From a virus, in IMG/VR virus record IMGVR_UViG_3300045257_000190, positions 3,493-67,492 of that record: a stretch of 64,000 nt of DNA; one strand, given 5' to 3'. The notes below the pieces were generated by a model. The model saw nothing but the letters and a program-made list of their open reading frames with translations. It was not told the DNA's origin and did not search any database. The stretch's first letter is position 1. Each line of letters opens with the position of its first letter. The position numbers and the translations under genes are program-made. This document shows positions 56,731-64,000 of this stretch, one piece after another.

Positions 56731-57000
56731 TGACACTCACCGCCCGGGGTTAGGAAGCCGGGATGAGGCACGATGCTTACCTTGCAGGCTGGCAAGTCGT
56801 TGCATCATCGCGTCTTGAATAGGTTTAGCGATGGTGTGGGGCCTAACGAACGGATAATCATCCGCAGGGGTTCATAACAGGAACCCCACAGGGACAACGG
56901 CAGAAGCGCCCATGTCTGCGCACTTGCGAGCATGGGAAATGCGGTCACCGGCATCACGGCCAAGAGAAGAAACCCCGACCAATCAACCCCTAGCGCCCAA
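56731..57000 (+). ncRNA. Candidate structured noncoding RNA
   Basis: At least six consecutive stem-loops after TATAAA (56721); no credible ORF; strand inferred. Confidence 0.4.
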
Positions 57001-57034
57001 GCATACCCGACCAAAACGACATACGACTGAGTGA

Positions 57035-57081
57035 TAACGAAGCCCTTGCGTAACGAAGCCCTTGTGATAACGAAGCCCTTG
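57035..57081. repeat. Three direct repeats of TAACGAAGCCCTTG
   Basis: 57035-57048, 57051-57064, 57068-57081. Confidence 0.9.
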
Positions 57082-57181
57082 CGCGGTGTTCACACATCGC
57101 GCGGGGCTTGCGTTGTTCCGGCAAGCGCCGCGATGCCGCGACGCTTTCCAGGGCAACCCCTAACACTCCCGGAGTAAACCA

Positions 57182-57457
57182 ATGGCTAACAAAACGAAAC
57201 GCGCCCCTAAGCCGGGCGACAAGCGCCCTGCGCTGGAAAACTTCCGCCCCGCGATGCTCGCGGCGCGTCCTGCCAGCGAGAAACTACCCACCATCTATCC
57301 CGCGTCCTATCGCGTGAAGTACCTGCCCGCCAAGGCGGCCTATGGCTCGAACACATGGGCCATCAAGGGCGGCATGTGTGGCGGCAGCACGGGATGCTGC
57401 CGTGGTGTCACGTCGAACAACGGCATGGGCATCGTGCCTGCCGCGTTCATCAAGTGA
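57182..57457 (+). CDS. Early basic hypothetical protein
   Basis: GGAG SD inside palindrome. Confidence 0.65.
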   Translation: MANKTKRAPKPGDKRPALENFRPAMLAARPASEKLPTIYPASYRVKYLPAKAAYGSNTWAIKGGMCGGSTGCCRGVTSNNGMGIVPAAFIK

Positions 57458-57486
57458 AAGGCTCGAGCGAAAGCGAGGTAATTATA

Positions 57487-57570
57487 ATGCGATACTTCAA
57501 GGTTGGCGGCCTGCGCTTCCTGCGCGTCGGCCGCTTGCAGATATCCTTCTGCATCTGCCGTCCCCGATAA
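57487..57570 (+). CDS. 27-aa peptide
   Basis: GAGG SD; MRYFKVGGLRFLRVGRLQISFCICRPR. Confidence 0.5.
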   Translation: MRYFKVGGLRFLRVGRLQISFCICRPR

Positions 57571-57593
57571 CCCTTACTGCGGAGTAAACCCCA

Positions 57594-57755
57594 ATGGACT
57601 TCTTCCTCGCCATGATGACGCGCGCTGCCAATGACAACGCGCCGCACGATCCGCGCGACTATGAGGATTTCGATCCGAGCGTGCTGCCCCACGATGCCGT
57701 GTGGGATGATGACACGCCCATCGCGGTCGACACGTTCATGTCGCTGCTCGCCTAG
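57594..57755 (+). CDS. 53-aa acidic peptide with AANDN motif (below cutoff)
   Basis: GGAG SD; MDFFLAMMTRAANDNAP...MSLLA. Confidence 0.6.
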   Translation: MDFFLAMMTRAANDNAPHDPRDYEDFDPSVLPHDAVWDDDTPIAVDTFMSLLA

Positions 57756-57766
57756 CAACGCCCCTA

Positions 57767-57794
57767 ATGCTGGCAGCGTACGCGCTGCCAGCAT
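57767..57794 (+). other. Perfect 12-bp hairpin with UACG loop
   Basis: ATGCTGGCAGCG-TACG-CGCTGCCAGCAT; no U-tract. Confidence 0.7.
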
Positions 57795-57858
57795 CATGAG
57801 CGCTGCAATCCCGCATCCCCGCTCACTTCGACTGAGTACAACGAAGGAGATTACCCCA

Positions 57859-58776
57859 ATGGCTAAGATTTCTGTCACCCTAACCGACGATCAGATGAAC
57901 CTCGCGTCGCGCATCCACGCCCTGGTATCGGGCGCGCTCTCGCAGTCCATCCGCGAGATGGCCGACGCATCGGACGCGCTACAAAGCGCAGCTGAAATCA
58001 CCAAAAATTCCGGCCGCTTGGCGCTCGCACGCCAGATCGCCGAACTCTCGGCTGCCGAGGATTGGAAGGGCAACGATATCGCCGCCGCATGCGAGCACGC
58101 CCGCAAGATCGGCAATGGCGATGACAAGACGGCCAAGACGCTGAACACCGCGATCAGCGAAATGCGCTTGTTCGCCAACCCGAACGTGCGCGCGGATGTC
58201 GGCCGCCTCGCGGACGCCTGCCAGCAGGCATGGGATAACGAAACGCTTGACGTGATGTGCGCGGACCCCGAAGACAAGTCCAGCGTGCCCACGCCCATCC
58301 GCAACTATGCGCCGCGCGTGTATCACCTGCTCACGTACGTCACGCGCGCCGTGAAGGATGGCAAGCTGGAAGTCTACAACGCCGACGATATCGTCTGGTG
58401 GGCAAAGGTCAACGATCCCGCGTTCAACCCCGCGAACACCGCCAAGAAAGTCAAGCAGATCATCAAGCAGCTGGATACTATCCGCGCCATCTACAAGCTG
58501 GCGGATCTGGACAGCGCATCGGATGTGCTGCGCGACGTGGACGAGAAGATGCTCGAAGCCGGGCTTACCCGCCCGGTCCATGTCAAGCCGGGGCACGCTG
58601 CCCCGGCGCTGCCGCCCAAGCCGGATTACATTGTCACTCCGGAAGTAAATCACCCGGTGATCCTGCCCGTCGAGGCGAGCACGCCCACGCCCGCGAGCGC
58701 GGGCGGCCCGGCCGATGGCGCCTACGATTACACCGACGGCAGCGAGGATGAGTTCAACCAGCTGCTCGCCGCCTGA
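57859..58776 (+). CDS. Early hypothetical protein
   Basis: AAGGAG SD; ends QLLAA. Confidence 0.75.
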   Translation: MAKISVTLTDDQMNLASRIHALVSGALSQSIREMADASDALQSAAEITKNSGRLALARQIAELSAAEDWKGNDIAAACEHARKIGNGDDKTAKTLNTAISEMRLFANPNVRADVGRLADACQQAWDNETLDVMCADPEDKSSVPTPIRNYAPRVYHLLTYVTRAVKDGKLEVYNADDIVWWAKVNDPAFNPANTAKKVKQIIKQLDTIRAIYKLADLDSASDVLRDVDEKMLEAGLTRPVHVKPGHAAPALPPKPDYIVTPEVNHPVILPVEASTPTPASAGGPADGAYDYTDGSEDEFNQLLAA

Positions 58777-59206
58777 TATCTTACACACCTATGGATGTGA
58801 ACGTCATCGCCCGCTGTACAAGGTTCTCCACGAACCGAATGATCCACGAATTGCCACGCGATATCAAGCACTTAGGCTCGCGCGGGACTCGAGTCTCGCG
58901 CGGGCAAAAAAGTTCTATTCAGAGCACATGCACGGGCTAACCCATTGATCCAAAAAATCGATCGGAAGCATACCCCTATTTTTCTTTTATTATAGAGTAT
59001 AGTAATAGGTAAGCGCGACCCTTTTCGCGCCGCCGTGAAAGCGTCTTCGGGGGAAGACAGTTTCACACGATCACGTGATCGCGTATTTGGGGCTCCTTCC
59101 CCCCTCCACTAATGCAACAATTAGGGGGGGTCACCTCGAAATTGTTATGGTTTATCAATGCCGGACAAGCGTTCGTGCCAGTATACTATTCACCGCCCGT
59201 CAACGC

Positions 59207-59235
59207 TTGACCAGCGTGCCCCATAGTGCTATGCA
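59207..59235 (+). promoter_or_regulatory. Putative sigma70-type promoter
   Basis: TTGACC-N17-TATGCA upstream of the RHH gene. Confidence 0.35.
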
Positions 59236-59268
59236 CATTTTACTAACTATTCACCTAAGGATGTGAAC

Positions 59269-59448
59269 ATGCCCGTCATCAGGGTCTCGATCCCCGATCC
59301 TTCTCTCCGGCTCGCGCAACAGACGGCACAGATGATAGGGGTCTCATTGTCGGAGTACGTCCGTATGCTCGTGATCCGCGACGTCCGCGACAACCCACCC
59401 GAGGCTCAACCTATTACTACGGGAGTGACAATAGAAAATGACCGCTAA
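59269..59448 (+). CDS. Ribbon-helix-helix DNA-binding protein
   Basis: VIRVSIP...A...GVSLSEYVRMLV. Confidence 0.65.
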   Translation: MPVIRVSIPDPSLRLAQQTAQMIGVSLSEYVRMLVIRDVRDNPPEAQPITTGVTIENDR

Positions 59449-59911
59449 TCGCATAGCGAGGCAACGCACTCGGATGGATCTCACCTTTAATGATGTGAAT
59501 TACAAGCGATGCATCGGGTGCAAGCTGCTCCGCCCCATCTCCGAGTATGCCACCAAACGTGTAAAAGTCTGCTTCAAGTGTCGCGGACTCGAGCGCAAGC
59601 CTGACGGCCGGATCATCGAGTTGGCCCCGTACAAGCCACAGCCCAAGCCGCGCGCAAACGCGGCGCCCTATCCGCTGGATAATTACCCGGCCTATCTCCG
59701 CTACATGCGCGAGCGTGCCCGCACGCGCTATGCCGCGAAGCGTGAGGAAGCGGGCAAGCCACCACCCAAGCCGCGCTTTCCGTCCCCGTTCCGCAAGTGC
59801 CGCCATTGCAAACAGACCATGCCCCGCCGGCACTTCCCTGAGAACAGCCGCATCTGCAAGCCCTGCCTCGATCGCGAACTCGAGCAGATCAACGCATATA
59901 CTCCGGAGTGA
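59438..59911 (+). CDS. Basic Zn-finger protein
   Basis: Four CxxC motifs. Confidence 0.65.
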   Translation: MTANRIARQRTRMDLTFNDVNYKRCIGCKLLRPISEYATKRVKVCFKCRGLERKPDGRIIELAPYKPQPKPRANAAPYPLDNYPAYLRYMRERARTRYAAKREEAGKPPPKPRFPSPFRKCRHCKQTMPRRHFPENSRICKPCLDRELEQINAYTPE

Positions 59912-59916
59912 TCGGC

Positions 59917-60231
59917 ATGTCCCGTATGCCTCGCGCACCTCGCAGGTATCCATTGTATGGCCAACCCGACACTTTCGGTCCGCCTATTTGCGGCAGGCTG
60001 GTAGGTGCGACATCCCGTCTTGCGCACCGCATCGGCTATGGCGAGAGCGGAGTGACCTCGCATATCATGGTGCGTAACATCAGCATAATTACTGATGTGT
60101 GGTATGACTACCGCGATATAGAACACTACTTCCACGTCTATGCTCAGAATAACAAGGGACCAAATATCCCATTGTTCGGAGGCACAATCGGCGATTACTT
60201 CCCCGATCAACTACGGAGTAAAACCGAATGA
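59917..60231 (+). CDS. Hypothetical protein
   Basis: SD inside palindrome; AT-richer codons. Confidence 0.45.
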   Translation: MSRMPRAPRRYPLYGQPDTFGPPICGRLVGATSRLAHRIGYGESGVTSHIMVRNISIITDVWYDYRDIEHYFHVYAQNNKGPNIPLFGGTIGDYFPDQLRSKTE

Positions 60232-60286
60232 TCCGCGCCGTCACGCTCGCCGCGACCATTGAGTGATAACGAAGGAAGATAACCCC

Positions 60287-60559
60287 ATGCAGAGCAAACC
60301 GAAACTGTACCTCCACCAACGCGGCTGGCATCGCTGGTTCGCATGGCGTCCGGTCACCGCCTACCACCGCGATGGCACGCACGCGCGCGTGTGGCTGGCT
60401 CCCGTCGACCGGCTGGTACGTCTCGGCTACTGCATCACCCTGCGCTATTACCGTATACCGGGCGAGCGCCTGCCCGGCGATGACGACATTCATAACTTCT
60501 ATGACAAGGAAACAACCCAATGCCCCGCTGCAACCACACACACTTCATCCTCGGAATGA
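60287..60559 (+). CDS. Hypothetical protein
   Basis: AAGGA SD; WHRWFAWRPV...VWL motif. Confidence 0.6.
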   Translation: MQSKPKLYLHQRGWHRWFAWRPVTAYHRDGTHARVWLAPVDRLVRLGYCITLRYYRIPGERLPGDDDIHNFYDKETTQCPAATTHTSSSE

Positions 60560-60708
60560 TTACCGCTGCAACCATCCTCGTCGGCGGCCACGTCACCTTT
60601 GCCTGGGCTGCATCCTACCTCTATGGCTGGACGGTCGAGATCGGCGGCGATGAGGTCTGCTCCGATCCGTACATGAACTCTGCTTCGCGCACCATCGAGT
60701 GCGATTAA
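60520..60708 (+). CDS. Small membrane protein
   Basis: AAGGA SD; hydrophobic segment. Confidence 0.5.
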   Translation: MPRCNHTHFILGMITAATILVGGHVTFAWAASYLYGWTVEIGGDEVCSDPYMNSASRTIECD

Positions 60709-60734
60709 CCAATTCACTCCGGAGTAACAATCCA

Positions 60735-61034
60735 ATGGCCAAATTCTACGCCGAGATCCAGGGGCAAAGAGGTCCGACCTCGCGTCTCGGGCACCAGCAC
60801 ATCCGCTCCACCACCAAATCATGGGACGGCGAGATCAACGTGATGATGTCCATCGGACCGGCACCCGACAACCACGCTTACGTGCGCGTCACCGCCTGCG
60901 ACCACGGCGGCGACAACCCCGTCACCCTCTACAGCGGCCGCGTCGGCGCGTGGCGCGAACTGGGACCCATGGGCCTGATGGCGCTCACCGAGTATCGCCG
61001 CGTGCTCGAGGGGCGTGCGGAGCAGGCGGCATGA
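60735..61034 (+). CDS. Hypothetical protein
   Basis: FYAEIQG.RG..SRLG......SW.G; SD inside palindrome. Confidence 0.7.
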   Translation: MAKFYAEIQGQRGPTSRLGHQHIRSTTKSWDGEINVMMSIGPAPDNHAYVRVTACDHGGDNPVTLYSGRVGAWRELGPMGLMALTEYRRVLEGRAEQAA

Positions 61035-61219
61035 CCGCCGCCAAGCTGATCGAGTTGCTGGCCACACACATCATACACCTTGGCCATGACGTCGAGGTAC
61101 ACCTGTGGCGCCCGCGTGATAGCAAGCCAGTCACCCATTGTTGGGTCGACGACGAGAACAACGTGATCAACCTTTACTCCGGAGTAACATCACATGAACC
61201 ACGATCAGGATCTGCGTGA
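61031..61219 (+). CDS. Hypothetical protein
   Basis: ATGA coupling. Confidence 0.5.
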   Translation: MTAAKLIELLATHIIHLGHDVEVHLWRPRDSKPVTHCWVDDENNVINLYSGVTSHEPRSGSA

Positions 61220-61385
61220 GGAATACGTTGTCGCCTTGCTGGATCTCGATGGCTTCATCACCCTCGCCTCCCGTCGCGTGTTCGCCAACCCCGAGGACGC
61301 GTACGCCTACGCTAAGACGCTCGCCATGGCATACCGCACATACATCATCAAAGGATGCTGGCGGGCGCTGAGGACAACCGAATGA
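61194..61385 (+). CDS. Hypothetical protein
   Basis: SD inside palindrome. Confidence 0.6.
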   Translation: MNHDQDLREEYVVALLDLDGFITLASRRVFANPEDAYAYAKTLAMAYRTYIIKGCWRALRTTE

Positions 61386-61450
61386 TCCGCAGCGGACCAC
61401 CGCGTAAGTGGCAACGTGCTTAACCTCTCACAAGCTAAGGAGACATACCT

Positions 61451-62626
61451 ATGAATTTGAATCAGGCGCTGGACGTGCTCATCCGCACCCATCTCATCGC
61501 CATCGAGCGCAACGAACGCCCGATATCCGCCGAGCTGCGCTCGGGCCCGGGCCTGGGCAAGTCATCCACCATCTTCGATTCCTGCTCGCACCTCGCGCGC
61601 GCCACCGACCAGCCCGTCGGGCTGGTCACCGAGATGCTCGCGACGTGGTTGTCCGTCGACGTACGCGGGTTCATGATCCCGCAGAAGGCCACCGACGGCA
61701 CGATACGCCCGGTCACCGTGTTCACCATCCCACCGTGGTATCCGGTGCGTCACAATACCACGGTGTTCTATCCCGATGGCACCTACGCCACACCCACCAC
61801 CTGGGATCATCCTGTCCCCACCATCGGCATCGTGTTCCTCGACGAATTCGGCCAAGGGGAAGACGACGTGAAGAAGGCCAGCGCTGAACTTCTCCTCAAC
61901 GGCCGCGTCGGCAACGACCAGCTGCCCGTGGGGTGGCGCGTGATCGCCGCCAGTAACCGCCTGAGCGATCGCTCGGGGGTGCTGCGCTCGCTGCCCTTCA
62001 TCACCAACCGGCGCATGGAGATAAATGTGTCTCCCGACCTGGACACCTGGAACGACTGGGTGAACCGCCTCGAGCCCGCCAAGCGTCCGCATCACATGAC
62101 GATCAGCTTCGCCAACAAGCATCCGGATCTCGTGTTCCGCGATGAAGTCCCGCCGGGCGACGCACCCTTCTGTACCCCGCGCACGCTCATGATGATGGAC
62201 CAGTCGCTCCAGTCACTCCGGAGTAAGGAGGATGTCACCGCCGATCGCATGCCCACCGATCCGATCGCCCGCGAGGTATGCACCGGCCTCATCGGCGGAT
62301 CGGAGGCGGCGCAGTTCTTCGTGCACATCAAGTACGCCGACGAGATCCCGGATATCGCCGAGATCGAGCGTGACCCGATGCGTGCCAAGCTCAACGAACG
62401 CCGCGACGTGCAGATGGTCACAAGTTTTATGCTGGCGCACCATCTCACCGCGAAGAACGGCCTGCAGATCATGCGCTACATCAGTCGCATGAACGTCGAG
62501 ATGGCCGCACTCGCGGTGCGCACCATCAGCAACCAGCCCGATCGCGCCGCCATGATGGTGAACAACCGCGACTTCAGCCAGTGGCTGATCACCAACAAGG
62601 ATGTGCTGATCGCGTCGCACACCTAA
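61451..62626 (+). CDS. AAA+ ATPase (MoxR/dynein-related type)
   Basis: GPGLGKS, DVRG, IVFLDE, AASNR, NR, TPR. Confidence 0.85.
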   Translation: MNLNQALDVLIRTHLIAIERNERPISAELRSGPGLGKSSTIFDSCSHLARATDQPVGLVTEMLATWLSVDVRGFMIPQKATDGTIRPVTVFTIPPWYPVRHNTTVFYPDGTYATPTTWDHPVPTIGIVFLDEFGQGEDDVKKASAELLLNGRVGNDQLPVGWRVIAASNRLSDRSGVLRSLPFITNRRMEINVSPDLDTWNDWVNRLEPAKRPHHMTISFANKHPDLVFRDEVPPGDAPFCTPRTLMMMDQSLQSLRSKEDVTADRMPTDPIAREVCTGLIGGSEAAQFFVHIKYADEIPDIAEIERDPMRAKLNERRDVQMVTSFMLAHHLTAKNGLQIMRYISRMNVEMAALAVRTISNQPDRAAMMVNNRDFSQWLITNKDVLIASHT

Positions 62627-62864
62627 CACCTATCCCCGGATAGAGGGCGCCTGACACTTTCCCTATGACGGGCGCGCATAGCGACATGACCAACCTCCCT
62701 AACCGACCGTCTCCCTCGAGGGGTGTGTTCCCCGTTCATTGGACGCCGGCATGGGCAAAGACAGTCAGGCCTAAGAAGTTAAATGTCTAAGGTTGGTCGC
62801 GCCCACCCTCGCTCTCCCCTACTATCCTCACTCCCGTAGTAACAGCCAACAGGATATCCACACC

Positions 62865-63788
62865 ATGCCAGATACCAACACTACCAACACATCTACCCAG
62901 ATCTCCCAGGATCTCGCCGACGCGGTGCGTGAGACCGCGATCCTCGTGGATCTCTCGATGGGCACATGGTCGGGCGAGCGCACCGATCGCGCCATCGGCG
63001 ACAAGGTGAAGGAGGACGCCGGCGCGGTGGGTAACACCGGGCGCTACCTGAAGAACCTGCTCGCGGGATGCGACACCAAGCTCAGGGAGGTTCGCGCCGC
63101 CTACGCCGTCGCGCGCACCACCCACTACACTCTCACCCTGCCCTGGGTCTCGGACCCGGCGGCGCAGCGTGCCATCGGCCCGCGCCTGTTACCTAATGCG
63201 CTGTTCGATCGCTACATGCGGGAGATGGGGCGCCTCCAGCGCACAGCCGTCGCCGCGCGCGATGAGTTCCTCACGGTGTATCCCGCTCTCGCGCAACAGG
63301 CGCAATCCAACCTGGGCGATCTCGCCAACGCCGACGAGTACCCCACCGTCGAGGAACTCGAAGCCGCGTTCCGTCTCAGGTTCGACTTCCAGCCTATCCC
63401 CGACACCAGCGCCTTCAAGGGCCTCCCCGAGGCGATGCTGGGCAAGCTGGGCGCGGCACTCGAGCGTCGCCAGCTGGCGGCCATCCAGGGCGCCCAGAAC
63501 GCCATGTGGAGCCGGGTGCGCGAGGGCGTCGAGCACCTCGTCGACCGGCTCGCCGAGCCCGACACGCGGTTTAAGGAAACTTCGATCGAGGGCGTGCGGG
63601 AACTGATAACCCTGCTGCCGGGGTTCAACTGCGCCGATGACCCGCGTGTCACCGAGATCACCGAGGATATCCGCAACATGCTGGACGGGATAACCGCCAA
63701 GGATATCCGCCTGGATACGCGTCTGCGCGAGGACGTGGTGACCAAGGCGCGCGCGATCAACGACCGGCTGCGCTCGTGGGGGCTGTGA
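62865..63788 (+). CDS. DUF3150-like helical protein
   Basis: W.G...D....V, HY..TLPW, RLL, F...YP, YP...EL...F...F.P.P. Confidence 0.6.
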   Translation: MPDTNTTNTSTQISQDLADAVRETAILVDLSMGTWSGERTDRAIGDKVKEDAGAVGNTGRYLKNLLAGCDTKLREVRAAYAVARTTHYTLTLPWVSDPAAQRAIGPRLLPNALFDRYMREMGRLQRTAVAARDEFLTVYPALAQQAQSNLGDLANADEYPTVEELEAAFRLRFDFQPIPDTSAFKGLPEAMLGKLGAALERRQLAAIQGAQNAMWSRVREGVEHLVDRLAEPDTRFKETSIEGVRELITLLPGFNCADDPRVTEITEDIRNMLDGITAKDIRLDTRLREDVVTKARAINDRLRSWGL

Positions 63789-63790
63789 TC

Positions 63791-63988
63791 ATGCCCGGAC
63801 CCTCGCGCGTCTATCTGCGCTGCAACGGATGCAGGCGGCGCATACGCATCGACCTGATCGACGGCAAAGAGGATTTCACTACCGGCGAAGTGACGCTGCT
63901 ATGCCGTCATTGCTACGGGCAGGGCTGGTCGCCCCTGCAAGTGGAATGGCTGGCGATTAATGATCCACCGCACATACTCCAGGAGTAA
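63791..63988 (+). CDS. Small Zn-ribbon protein
   Basis: CNGC...CRHC. Confidence 0.55.
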   Translation: MPGPSRVYLRCNGCRRRIRIDLIDGKEDFTTGEVTLLCRHCYGQGWSPLQVEWLAINDPPHILQE

Positions 63989-64000
63989 ACCCCAATGCCC

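Larger units (their letters stand above)
154..63988. repeat. Dispersed palindrome TTACTCC(N0-1)GGAGTAA, 24 copies
   Basis: Starts at 154, 2107, 3595, 6305, 8798, 20464, 26504, 28231, 32068, 34240, 47248, 52681, 56561, 57163, 57574, 58634, 59414, 59898, 60208, 60714, 61174, 62213, 62828, 63974; perfect at 8798, 47248, 61174. Confidence 0.9.

Noticed and set aside
56741-56940. Hammerhead ribozyme, tRNA or tmRNA
   Set aside because: No CUGANGA/GAAA core in the correct arrangement, no T-loop or CCA cloverleaf, no tag ORF.
57035-57081. CRISPR array
   Set aside because: Repeats are 14 bp with 2-3 bp spacers; no cas operon.
59061-59081. Canonical parS (TGTTTCACGTGAAACA)
   Set aside because: Only the TCACGTGA core matches; single copy.
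132-63760. Many antisense or alternate-frame ORFs in the track (e.g. 8734-9630, 19151-20152, 41418-42464, 54700-55668)
   Set aside because: Shadows of GC-rich real genes; no SD or family motifs.
1-64000. Prophage boundaries, integrase or host genes
   Set aside because: No recombinase, att-like repeat or bacterial housekeeping gene seen; the whole window looks phage-derived.

Overview
The window is most of one GC-rich tailed-phage genome, probably podovirus-like because it has no tape-measure, sheath or baseplate genes. An alphaproteobacterial host is an inference from the PEP-CTERM style and an ANDN motif. Layout: (+) replication module at 0.2-11 kb (PolA, ParB/DGQHR-like protein, PD-(D/E)xK exonuclease, VRR-NUC, SNF2 helicase, SSB-like protein, AEP primase-DUF927); (+) two linker-bearing putative glycan-active proteins at 11-14 kb; (-) virion module at 14.5-52.3 kb (portal, scaffold, capsid, small basic proteins, adaptors, about 7 modular fibre/spike genes, nozzle, three ejection proteins with GNAT, methyltransferase and PAPS-reductase-like genes interleaved); (+) divergent terminase genes, an XRE regulator and a PEP-CTERM protein at 52.3-55.4 kb; a ~0.9 kb noncoding region with a candidate structured RNA; and (+) early small genes plus an AAA ATPase at 57-64 kb. 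No integrase, endolysin, tRNA, CRISPR array or reverse transcriptase was recognised. The strongest unexplained signal is a palindrome, TTACTCC(N0-1)GGAGTAA, found by eye at 24 sites across the window. It occurs both over ribosome-binding sites and deep inside genes in either orientation, which suggests a genome-wide protein-binding-site system; candidate binders are the ParB-like, RHH and XRE proteins. All family calls come from motif recognition by eye; no searches were run.
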